From the human T2T-CHM13v2.0 reference genome, Homo sapiens, in the NCBI RefSeq assembly GCF_009914755.1, contig NC_060926.1: a stretch of 64,000 nt of DNA; one strand, 5' to 3'. A program made the translations under genes and the position numbers. The first letter of the stretch is position 1; the number at the start of each line of letters is the position of its first letter. The notes beneath the pieces are model-generated. The model saw nothing but the letters and a program-made list of their open reading frames with translations. It was not told the origin of the DNA and ran no database searches. Shown piece after piece: positions 13,418 to 27,107 of this stretch.

Positions 13418-14159
13418 GATGTTCAGGAATGTCTCCTCTTGCTCCAGCCTTTTATAATATTTATATACTGTCAAATCACTTTATTTTATATCCAGGTGTT
13501 TCATGTACTTTAGGAATTTTCATCTACTACCTTTAACATAGAAAACCAGAAACTAGATCTTAACGACCGACTCATTAATGATTTAGAAAAGAATGCCATA
13601 GATTCCTGCTGTAGCCAGGAAGTAGCCAGTCTCTGTTAGGGCAACCACACAATCAAATTTATTTTGTTGGTGACACCTTTGTATCCCACAGTTTTTTTTT
13701 TTCACATGTAATTAAGATAATCAAAATCAGTATTAATTCAACTTTTTTCAATAATGGTTTGTTATGATTTGCAGCTATTAAAAATTATATTGTAAAATAA
13801 TATTTGAGAAAAAGTGGTCTTTTACAAAGTATATTAATATTATTAAATTTTATTAAGAAACTGTATACATACATACATGAAAAATTACCAAAAACTCAGG
13901 TTAGATGTTGAAATTATATTTGTATCACAATTACTACTGACGTTTTTCTCACCTTGGTTCTTTACTAATTTAAAATATTTTTTGACAGTAAAATACACTT
14001 CTATTTCATTAAAATATTCTAAAAATCCTGCTACCTAGTTCTCATGTACTTATATTATTATGCTATGCACTGTATGTAGAAAATTATTTCATCTAACCCG
14101 ACTCATGTCTTCCTTCTGATCTCTCGATCATGTTGAGCTAATGTCAAGAACCTCAATAC

Positions 14160-14399
14160 CAGAGTTTTTCTAACCGCAAGCCATGATCCGTCAGTTAATA
14201 GTTACAATCAGTTTTTTTAAAAATATATATATATAAAATAGACAAATTTTTAAAGAAAATATCAGTGTGCAGTGTGTATAGTAAGAAAAATATTTTGTGA
14301 AACTTTTTCTGTTTTATGTATATATGAAAATATATTGGTTCATACAATAAAATATATTTCTTACTATTGGACTAAGTCAGAAAAGTTTGAAAACTACTT
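14160..14399. mobile_element. hAT-Charlie-type non-autonomous DNA transposon (MER), degenerate
   Basis: Ends CAGAGTTTTTCTAAC ... AAAAGTTTGAAAACTACT resemble Charlie TIRs (CAGTGGTTCTCAAAC). Internal GAAAATATCAGTGTGC and AAAATATATTTCTTACT motifs also fit. Confidence 0.55.
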
Positions 14400-15858
14400 C
14401 ATTAAAATAAACTATATAAACAGATAAAGAAATGAAACTACAGAGGGTTTAAAACAACTTACTCTAGGGTTTACCTAAGTAAGAAGAGGCCGATTCAGAA
14501 GTGGTATTTACTTAGAACTATCTGGTGGTTATCTTAATCATGTTGCCCACAGAGTACACTGTGTAAATCAAAGAACGGCAGCTAGCAATAACATATGTAC
14601 TCCGTATTTCAGAACTTTTATTCTTTTAACTCAGCAGCCTTTCTTATTATGGCAAATATGGAGCACTCCAGAAGAAAAACAAATAACACATAATCATTTA
14701 CATAATTAATTTGATTATTTTAATAAACATTGTTTCTAGTCGCTATAAAAACGATACCAAAAAATCTATATTTTGCTTCCATTAGTCTCAATTAGTAACA
14801 TAGTCATTTCTCAATTATATCATTGCCTACCATACATGTATCCAATAATCTAAAATTAAAATCCAGTATGCTGTGCCATTCTCATTAAATGCCTTACATC
14901 TAATCTGTTGCACTTGAGCTAGTGAAGGATATTGTTTTGGAAAGGTAATTAGCAATATTATTTCTTACAACATTCTATCTGCTACAATAGAGATTTTTAG
15001 AAGAAACTAGCAAATATTCTAATTGAACTATCCATTTGACATAAGTATTTCCACTGATACTGTTAATTATTCTCTACTTTAACTGGTCAATTAAAACTGT
15101 AAAAGGATGACCAATGTGAAAGTAGTGTTTTTAAAATGTTGTGTCCCCATCATTAACTCCAATAACTTAATTGTATCACTTTCACCAAACTGAATCAAAT
15201 GCTTCCAAGTGCACATATTTTTCTTAAAATTTAAAATCAAGTAATAGTCTGTGTCATATGGAGACAAGAACAGTTCAAAGCGCCATTATCAATGCTATCA
15301 TGGTGATAATTAATTCTTTATTATCATAATGAGAAACCATGTTCAGAAAATGCTAACTGAAAAATTCAGATATCAAACACAAGTTATTCATTGCCTATCA
15401 GCCAAATTGATTCTTACACTTTTGGCAGATTAGCACAGAGCCTTCCAAATAATTTATCTAGCCTACTCCAAACTTTTCTAGCCTTCTTATGTTTCACTTC
15501 ATGATTTTTTTAATGGCCCGCTCTAACATGAAGTACCAGTATTACACTTTTATTTCTTAATTTGTGATGGATCTTTCATCCTAATCAGAACTGTTTCCTG
15601 ATTTTGTTTTAAATATGGTCTATATTTCATTCCTTAACTGAACTGACTGGAATAAGTTTGTAAGTGTCTATGGTTAATTAAGTCTGAAACTTTAAAACTT
15701 CCAAGTATAACTTTATCAACTTCAAAAGAACTGATAATCATTTTCATATTGCCCAGTGAAATCCATAAGTGAAATTAACATTCCAAGGAATCCTAACTCC
15801 AAATTCATCTAGACACATTATGGGTACAGAATAAGATGATGCTTTTTTTCCCCAACAT

Positions 15859-15933
15859 GTGAAAACTCCAAGGACTATATGTCATATAAGTGAAAACTCC
15901 AAGGACTATATGTCATTACACTATATGTCATTA
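15859..15933. repeat. Perfect 27-bp direct repeat (31-bp period) plus a partial third copy
   Basis: GTGAAAACTCCAAGGACTATATGTCAT at 15859 and 15890; ACTATATGTCATTA again at 15920. Confidence 0.95.
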
Positions 15934-18039
15934 AGTGTAAAGTATCTTAAAAGGACTGTTTTCTGAATTTTTTCTAGAGTTTCCATCTTGTATTGACATG
16001 TGGGACACTTCCAAAATGATGTCCTGTAACCACCTGAATATACACTGAACTCCCTAAGTTTTGTCTTAACTTTGCTTACCTTACTGTCTCTTTTTTCCCT
16101 ACTTTTCTCAATCTCAAAACTTGAGGGTTATTAAAATCAATTTTTGTATTTGACAATCACACTCAACTGGCATGCTTATACATATATATCCAGTAATCAG
16201 GTTATATTACAGCATCATTTGACACCTTTTCTTATGGTCCTGTTGAGTCATGAGGAGCATCATATAATAAGAAACAAATAGAGAGGATTCATAGCAAAGC
16301 ACAAACATGAATAAAATATTGGGTGGTAAACTGCAAGGGGGGCATGTTTGCAAGGAAAAGATCCAAATTTCCTCAAAGGAAAGCACATAAAAACTCATCC
16401 TTGAAAGTCCTTCTATACCAATATGCCCACTTCAAAAGAAAGGAAAGATAAAATAAAAAGCAACAGGGGTAAAAATGAAAATTAAATGGTTGCTCCAGTT
16501 ATATTCCCAGAGCCAACAAAAAGTTAAAATTCTGTGAGATGGCTGACCAATGGCTCCAGCAGCAGGAATCGGACAGTACAAATTCCTGTTGAGAGGTTTC
16601 ATATTCTTAAATTTACCATCCTACAGAGAACTTTCTACATTAACCAAACTTATAATTATACTGTACTAGAATGTCAGCAATGTATTAGTTCAGGCAAAGC
16701 TTCATTCATAGAAAATTTGGATTGAGATGATTGCTTCTCTATGAGCAATTTCTCTAGAGATATCTTTCTAAATCAAAGACTTGTTCAATATGCCTGTTTA
16801 TTATCACAATCTAATAGTGCTGTCTGTCAGCTTGTGTATTAAGACTGGTATAAACTGCATTTACATCTTTAATGTAGCTGCCTTTGTTATAATTTAATGG
16901 TAAAATCTATTTTCTTCCTTATGTGGGATATTTAAATATAGGTGAAATGTGGCTATTGCTGTCTCAATATGCTTATTCAACAAGGATGACTTAAAATCTG
17001 ACCATCCATGCAAATGGAATTTTGAACTTGTGGAAGCAAGAACTCAGGAGGGGTTCTCTCCAAGTCACTAGTAACTTTCTGTGTTCTAAAGATTACTTAG
17101 TTCTCTGTTCAAGCTGTCTTTTGTACATAGCCATATATTAACACAGGACAATTTTGGCAGTCCCTTGGCTAGGCAAACAGGAACTCGCCATCCTATCTCT
17201 TGGGTCAATAAATTCTGCCCAAAACATCCTGACTAATTGAGCTAATGGATACTTAGATATGTAGGGTTGAAGAAACTGTCAGATTGGACAGCTGGGGGAT
17301 CATTATGCACTACTATCATAACTAATCAAAAGTCTGGAAAGGGACCGGAATCATTGGCTGCTATTATTTAGAGGACAATCCTCCTCTGCTACTATAAAAA
17401 ATACAGACCACATTCTGTTCTTCATTCAAACGATGTTCTTTCTCAGCTTTTTATTAGCATATACTGTTTCCCAAGCTGACAATTGCTAATGTACTTCTGA
17501 CTTTACCTGCTCTTTTTTCCTCCAGTGACTTATCCTAATCTACTTGATAGGATTTTCTTTTAAAACAGTATACCCCATATTTTTGTAAGGGCACACTTTT
17601 ATAGACATTCAGTCAACTTCTCCTAACAACTCTTAGTGTGAACAAAATTAATGAACAGTGCACTAAAATGGTCATAAATAGCACAAACAGACGAGGTGAT
17701 GAACATGTACAGCTCTTCCTCTTAGTCTTTCTTTCCATTTTGCTCTCTTCTCTTCCCTTTCTTCCTTAGTCCTTTTCCCCTTTAAAGTAGTCAGACCTAA
17801 AGCCATTAGGTACAGCACAATGACTTATGGGTTAAGGGATGGAGGCCCCTGGGGTAAGGTGGACAGGGAGCAGAACAGGTTATGAGAGCCTAAGCAAGGT
17901 AAAGAAGGCATCCGCGCAGAGGCGCAACCCTGTTGGAGATGTTAGATACCAAGCAGGAAAGCGAGGGCAGGCTTGCATAACAAAAGCCCACCTTTGGATA
18001 TTGGAGACCAATCTGTAACGGCACAGAAGGAACAGCAGT

Positions 18040-19427
18040 GGAAACAGTAGTTTGTATACATATAGGGATTTAATCAAATAAGTATAATGAGAATATTGGG
18101 AGGCAGGTTTCCCAATGGAGAAGAAATTTACCAATATGGAAAAGTTAAAAAAACTACAAGAAAACCCTGTGGAAATAGATTGGAACTGAAATTAGTGGTG
18201 AAGTTGCACATACACAGGTGAACACACACATATATGCACATATATGGAGTTAAATGTAGAAAATACATAGATGTAACTTCAATAGATATACGTTAGATAT
18301 GCATCAATGATAGATATCAGTATAATATATATATGTCCACACACACACACATTGACACATTGACACACTGATAGGTGCTAAGAGCAATGGTATCCCAGTA
18401 ACAATAAGAAAATATAGAGAAATCAGACTGTGGCTTCTAAATACTACCCACTACTAAAACAAAACAAAACAAAATGAAAAACAGAGCCCATTTGAGAGAT
18501 AGTTGATTGTAGGACCAGAGCAGGATGAGCCAAAAAGTCTTGATTTATTGAAAAAAAAAAAAAAAAAAAGAGATGCTCAAAGAATGACGGGCACAAGTCA
18601 AAAAGAGATAGAAACTAGCTTGAAGTGCTCCCACTGGACAAATCAGGATAACATGACCATAAAAATAAATGACAGGAATGGATTAGAAGCTGTTGAATAT
18701 AATAGAAAACCATGAATCCATCTAGATATAAATAAGCTTATAAATATAATGAGAAGACTATTACATAGTTTAAAAGTATATAGAATACTTATTCTAAGGT
18801 TTACAAATGTTTCAGAGGATTTGCAAAATTTGCCAAAAGCTTCTGAGTAATTGTGCAAAACCATTAGTGGTCCACATGATGCATGTGTGCCTGGCTTGGG
18901 AATCCTGGCAAAGATCACTCTGATCAAGCAATAAACATGGGCATCATAAGTAATCAGGGAAACAAAAAAAATCATGAGCTTCTTGATGGGACATAATGAG
19001 AAAAATACAGCATCAATTCATTGATACTCTTCTTAATGATGGATAATTGGAATCTAATCAGGAGCACCAATCCACATTTAATAACATCTGAAAAATAACG
19101 GACCTTTAAACTTCAAAAGCATCAAAACCATGAAAGTCAAAGGTTGAGCAACTGTTCTAGGCTGAAGGAAACTATGGAGATGTAATAATTAAATACACTA
19201 CTTGACTCTGATCAGATCCTTGGAGGATTAAAAGGAACTGCTATATAAATGTTAATTTCCTGATTTTGATGGTTGTACGGTGGTTGTGTAGGAAATAAAA
19301 ACTAAAGCATTTCAGGAGTGAAGGGACATGAGGACACTGAGATATACTCCATAGGTACAGGAAACAATGTTATTTGTACCATACTGGCAAGTTTTCTGTA
19401 AGTTTATGATTATTTCTAAATCAAAAT
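18040..19427 (+). mobile_element. L1MC (L1MC3-like) 3'UTR fragment
   Basis: GATGCTCAAAGAATGACGGGCACAAGTCAAAAAGAGATAGAAACTAGCTTGAAGTGCTCCCACTGGACAAATCAGGATAAC, and the terminal AAGTTTTCTGTAAGTTTATGATTATTTCTAAATCAAAA. Confidence 0.8.
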
Positions 19428-21249
19428 TAATTAACTAATGAAAATTGTGTAGAGAAATGAATAGAAAATAATCAAATGTGGTATATGGGTTTTCTAGCCA
19501 TCCTCAATCTCATATGTTTCTCTACAAATTTGTTTACCATATTGCATTGGAAAACACTGTTTAAATCTCTCTCCTATAATCTCCTTTATAGTCTACATTT
19601 ATGGCCCCAGTGCTTAGAAAAGCTCATATCTGTTCTTGAAGAGATCATGTTTTGTTCATAACTGAGTTGTAAGTAACCTATCTTGGTTTGTCTTTTTTAT
19701 ACAAAAGAGAAAAGTTTAGATATATTTTAAAGCAGCTAGAGAAACCAGAAGCAACTCAGTATAGCACCCAGAACATAATGCATTCAGCCAATGAATAGAG
19801 TCATGGCATTGGTTTCTTAGAATTATTCAGAAAATTATTTCTAAGGCTCACAAGCTCTCTGTGCCATCTTCTGGAAAAAGAAACACTGCATAAATTATTA
19901 TAAATTTTTTTTAAAAGAAGTCAAACATAACAAAAGAATCTCCCAGCTTGTAAACTGTGCTGAAAATTTTCTTAAGAGGAGGTTGTTTTAGTAAGATACT
20001 CCTCAGGTAATGTTTCTGCTCTATTATTCCTTTTACTAATTGGCAAAATATGGTTACTGGATAAATGATTTTTAAGATTATTCCTACTTTAATGTTTGTG
20101 GTTCTATCCTTTGTTTACCTTTTCAAAACTCCGAAGTAATCAAGGCTTACATTAACTGGAATTAATATACACAGGAGAAAATATTCTTTTGCCTTTTGGG
20201 AGTCAAATACCCCATGGCATGACTTAATATAAAATTGTAATAATCATCATTAGGATTTTCATTAAGATAAATGATATGTATCTCATGTTGTATATAAATA
20301 CTACGTGTGAAATGTCAAAACTTACCTTGCAACTAATAAAATAATATAATTTCCATGGGTTCAACATAGAACGAAGTTTCCTTTCTTTTAGGCCTGTTGC
20401 TTATTTTAAGTTAAACATCTTTGATAACCTCGTTTTTCTCACTGCAACTGCAGTGAGTTGAGGAAAGATATACATCTTAAAACTCAGGACTAATTTTGAG
20501 TTCTGTTTCAGCTGTCCCACCCCCACCCCAACCCTCTGCATTATTTCTTCTAATTTCCATGGACTATTTTATCCGAAGACAGTGTGTAATATTAAATTAC
20601 AATAATAGCAATCAAAGTCATGGGGAGCAAAAGGATTTTCGATTGCAGCCCATGCTTGGCTCTCAATAGCACGGCAGAAGGAGAGCCTGAAAAGCACAAC
20701 AATTCACAGAACTTGCCAGGAGACCCCATTGTCCTTTCGGTTTCTAATGACACTGAAGTACTTCCATGATTAAAATTTAAAGGCTTCCCGGTAACCAAGT
20801 AATTTGCCCAAAACTCCTTATCCAGCACTTACCAACAAGACTCTGATTTTAATATACTATTAATCAAGCTCCAGCCAAGTTTACCACTGATACTTTCAAT
20901 TACAGAGAGACTAGCTTCATCTCTCTCAGTATGTATGTATGAGATATTTTTTTCTGATTAGTCAGTTACCCAGCAATGAAATAAACCACAAACTTGGTTT
21001 AGATACACATTACTAAGACACTAGTTGTGGATTTGCTAACAAACTAAGATGTTTTGAACTATTAATCACTAGTAAGATGATTAAAATCTGAAAGCCTTGG
21101 TGTTCATTACCAGGAATTAGTTATTAGTATTATTAAACCTGCAGTGTACTCATTAAGACACATGCTAAAACAGGCTTTATGATATAAAAATCAACTAAGA
21201 AATGTATTTCAAGAAAATAGTGATGAATATATATCATCAGTTTCAGTGC

Positions 21250-21320
21250 TGTCCATATCATATATTTACAAAAATATATAATATTTATATTATATTTATA
21301 TCAAATATATGATATAGACA
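21250..21320. repeat. Imperfect AT-rich palindrome (71 bp)
   Basis: Outer arms TGTCCATATCATATATTT / AAATATATGATATAGACA (17/18); centre ATATAATAT-TT-ATATTATAT. Confidence 0.7.
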
Positions 21321-23506
21321 TATTTACATTGCATAATATTTACATCAAAATAGAAAGTTGACTATATAAATTATGAATTATTCCTTCAAAAGATTGAATA
21401 ATATAAAAATAAGTTTATAATATTTTTACTAATATGGAAAGTACCTAAGTGGAAAATAGCTGGTTTATTTTGTTAAATATATGCAAGTGATAAGTGATAC
21501 TGTAAATATAATCACCTATATGTAACCAATGCTTATCTTTTGCTGATTAGGGATTGTTTTTACTTCCTTAATTCTGATTTTTTAAATTTGCATTTTCATC
21601 ATCAAAAATATATTGCTTTGTAATCAGAGAAATGATGTAAATGCATCTCATTTCACACATAAGAAGGCATCTATATAGCCAAGGAAAAACCAAAGTATTT
21701 TGTCCTTTTCTTTCCCCCTCAATATTTATTTAATACCGTAATGACTATTATACCAAGTCACATAATTCTTTTAAAAAAATATCTGGAATGCTATTATATT
21801 ATTGATGTTTGCAACAAAAATGTAGACTATGCATGCGGCTTAGTGGATGATAAAAAGATAATCACCAAATTACTTTGGACAATTCAGTACAAAATAAAAA
21901 TAATTTTGTTGATTTATTTTTTACTCTATTTTTAATGTTTTATATAAGATAATTTAATATCATTAAGGACCAGGAATTTTACTATATATCTAAGGTTAAA
22001 TATAGGATGATTCTAAACAATAAGTGACTATATGATAGCATTTGTTAGTGTTAGCAAGATAAGATGAAATTTAAAAATTGAAATTATGTAGATTGAATTA
22101 GAAATTGTTAATTATATATTACCTTATGTATTGCTATGATGTAAATTACATTTTCTGATTAAATATTCATGCAATGTGGAAGAAAAATAAATTTTCTGAA
22201 GAGGGTTTTAGCCAACTAAATGTATAGCTTCTAATTCTGGAGGCATGTGGGCTTATTACTGTTTTTATGATCATTTGAAATAACAGTAATATAATTGCAA
22301 AATCAAGTTTTTATACATAGCAATTATTCACTAGTATGTTAGTGATAGTAGCTCATATTTATATAGCATTTTACAAAACACTTTAAAAACAATGATTACA
22401 ACTAAATCTCAAAAAAAATCACTGAATTTTATATTTTAATCATTATTTGCAGATGACAAAATTCTGTATCAGATAGTATATAAAAATGTTCAACTTTGCT
22501 AATGATTAGAGGTAAATAAGCAAGCATCTGTTATTTTAAATTTTAATTTATAATATTATTAAAGATTATTTTTTATTATTTTGATGATAATATTTACTGT
22601 TGTTAGAGATGTAGCCTCCTAAGTTTTCTCCTATTTCTATGAAAAAGTACAGTCATTTTGAAAAGAAATGAAGCAATAAGTATCAATTTTCAAAATATTC
22701 ACATCATTGAACCAAATAATCCCCTTTCTGAGACTTAGGTCTAAAGAACTTAACTAAAATAGAGGAAGAGTTCAACTAAAAATAATTGACACAACTTAAC
22801 ATGCAGCAATATCAAAATAGGCAATTAAATTTAAAAACTATAAATTTATTAAAATAATAAAGTTGTTTTAATAGCAAGATAATTTTTTATCTTATGTAGT
22901 GCTTTACTACTTTGTCATGGTGATGTTTTTCAAAAAATATGAAGATTAAAGATGAAAATGAAATGTACCAAAATGTTAATGGTAGTTATCTTGCAAAAAT
23001 ATTGGAATTGTTTATTTTTTGTTTTAATATTTCTTCTTTCTTATAGTTTTCAGACTTTCAACACTGAGCAAATGTCACTTCTTTAAACAGAAAAAGATAA
23101 AACTAATTATGTTTTAAAACTTTTCATGTTAGCTAAACAGTCTCTTGACGTAGCTTGAGCTTGATTTGACACTATTCACCTGACGTTATCCAAAACAAAT
23201 TACTTTGAAGATGACTAATACCAACAGAGAGATAAAATAAGATTTTCTATAAATGAGAATTTAAAAGATTTCAAACATTTGATTCAATTTTTTCATTAAT
23301 ACTGGATTTGCAGAAAGTATATTTGGGAAAGTTTAAGTTTCATTATGTAGCCAAAAATTGATTGAAAACATTCACTTTGCAGTTTTAGACATTCTTGATG
23401 ATTAAAATGATTTATATTATTTATGTAATAATCAGTAACTTGGATTTTAAAAATATTCCACAGTAGATGATTCATTAACCCTATTTTAAATGCACTTACT
23501 TTTAAG

Positions 23507-23550
23507 ATCTATTTATGCTGGGAGAGGCACCTCTCCCAGCATAAATAGAT
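23507..23550. repeat. Perfect palindrome, 21-bp arms with a 2-nt spacer
   Basis: ATCTATTTATGCTGGGAGAGG-CA-CCTCTCCCAGCATAAATAGAT. Confidence 0.97.
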
Positions 23551-25824
23551 AGATAAATAAAAAAGCCATTTCTTTTTCAGTTCTCTTTTCTGATAGCTAT
23601 GGTATGAGATTAACAATTTTCTACAAAATCAAATGGTAAGAAGAAGATGGAACGACACATTTTAACCAATTATAAGTATAATATATGTGAACATACACAC
23701 GTCTTTAAAACATGTAAACATGTGTCAATATACTTTAGCATACACCATGAAAAAGTTTTTGAGGACTTTCTAATTTTATACAAAGTAAAGAAAGACTTTT
23801 CTGTGAGCTTTGATTTCCTATTTTAATAGTGTACAATCACCTGTACATAAAATTAGAGAAAATCTTAGCTTCAGTAATTGAAAGTGCCAAGTAAGTGGAA
23901 TTAAAGTAAAAACATAAAATCACAGGTAGTTTGTACTGATTCCAAAAAAAAAGAATTGCAAATTTTATAACTACTATTTTTTTGTGTCCTTTATGATAGT
24001 GGTAACTTACTATAAACACACAAAAAATAGATCTCTACTCTTTCTGAGGTGATTTAATTACATGTATTTCACTTACGGTGTTTTTTACTCAGGTCATCTA
24101 AATATAATAACTATATATTTAACTTTTTAAAGTACTCTCCATCACTAATTTCTCAGGTTACTAGAAGCTATCAAATGAGGCTACAAATGTGTAGTATATC
24201 TACCTTACATAATAGATAAATAATTACACAAGCACATATATACACAAATACTGAGTAAATAAACGTGAGGAGTGTGACCTGAAAAGCAGCCAATATTAAT
24301 TCATTAATTTCTCTTTTTAATGAACACTTTTTTTCCTACTTTGCATATAGACTTGATTAAGACATATTCAAGTTGGCTGTTACATGAAAGATTTGAGTCC
24401 TCCTATGAACTGCACCTTCTCTAGAATGCAGGTTTATTCTTTATTAAGGGGAATTCTCAAGTTTGTTTATGAGTGCTAAGTAGATCTTACAACAGAATAT
24501 TTAGGCAATTGTCTACAGTCTAAAATAATGTTGAGTTTCCCTCTGCATTACCTTCCCACAAAATGCACAGCATTAACCAATTCTTTTCTGTCAACTAGCA
24601 ATTTTTGGCAGATCCCTTTTGCATGATTCATGAAGGACCAGTAAAAGGCTAATTGTTCAAATTAATTTGCGTAAATGACTAAGCAAGAGATAACAAAATT
24701 ACATCTGCACTTGTTTGGCAAAGATTCAATAGCAGCGGCCCTGTACTGCCAGCTGCTTCCAGACAACACTCTTGCAGAAATTAAAAGCTACAAATATTAA
24801 TTAATACACTTTTTTGGTACGTTAATTTGCACTGAAAGGTTCCGGAGTGCAAAACTGCTGAGAAGATGAACCATGATAATTAGAATTAATGGGATGGATG
24901 CATGTTTTTTGCAGCTGAAGTTTTAAAAACCCATGAATGGAACTGGGAACTTGAAACTGACATTCTCATAAATCTCTATGATAATGCAGCTATTAGTATT
25001 AGAAGGATTAAGTACTATGGCTCCAGAGTTATCAATCACATGACACGTTATATCCCATCTGTCATTGCAGTAGCTAAGACACGATAGCCGTCCTTGAGGA
25101 AGCCATATGAAAAGCTTTGGGAATTCAAGGAATTGTAGTGATGACTGTCAGACTACAAAATGAATACCTCAAAACTCCGACTTCCAAACAGAAATAATAG
25201 CCAACACTCTATTTGTCAGCTTGGTACTTTGCAAATACCCTAACTCTAGTATCTATATTTAAGATTGGTTAGGCAATGTGAATTATAGATAGATCACACT
25301 GGAAAAAATGGTAGTAAGATGTCACAGATTTTACCTTTAATACATATGTAACTTCACAACTATGAGTTTTCCTGTAACATAGTTTTTACTGATTACATTA
25401 TTAACTATACATAGAAGTATCTTAAAATCTTACTGTTGACATACTAGAAAATATGCTGAAATAATCTTGATACAAAGTGATTAAAAAATAAAAATGCAAA
25501 AAATAAAAATGGGCTTTTAGCTTTATCCATTGATTTGTAGATGTTATAGTTCAATAACTGGCTATAAAGATATAACATCAGTTTCTACATGTAACGTCCC
25601 AAATACTGCTAATTAATGTATGCCACCTAATTAGACAGACACATTTACTTTTGTTGCTTAAATAATAAAAAGCCACATTTGCATGAAAGTTTGTAGGATA
25701 CGTGCAACACTTTATTTACCTAAGCTTTCTATTTAATTTACCTAAGTTTGTATTTAGAAAGAATACAGCATAGAAAAACCGAGAGGAATTGTTTTACAGC
25801 ATTCTAATTTGGATCAGTTAACAC

Positions 25825-26127
<303 letters not shown>

Positions 26128-26374
26128 GTGGATCAGCTAACACTTTCTAGAGTGTTGCAACCACTATAAAATACTGCCTTTAACGAGAGATTATAAGAAA
26201 ATGAAAAAAAGTTTTAATGTTTTTTAAAATATTGAATATTTGGAAAAATATTATTCTTTATACCAGGCTACCAATACGCAGATGGATGAAGGGAAAACTC
26301 CAGACTTAAGAAAATTTTTTCATTGATATTCAAAATTATATCCTAACATGTTTATTCATTTTACAGTGATTTTA

Positions 26375-26674
<300 letters not shown>

Positions 26675-26738
26675 CATTTTACAGTGATTTTAAAACACAT
26701 ATTCCTTGGATAGCTTTCCCAGATATTATCTTTCCTAA

Positions 26739-27107
<369 letters not shown>

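Noticed and set aside
15859-15933. Direct repeats as a possible CRISPR-like array (also 6607 and 29031)
   Set aside because: Only two copies, no unique spacers, primate context, no cas genes.
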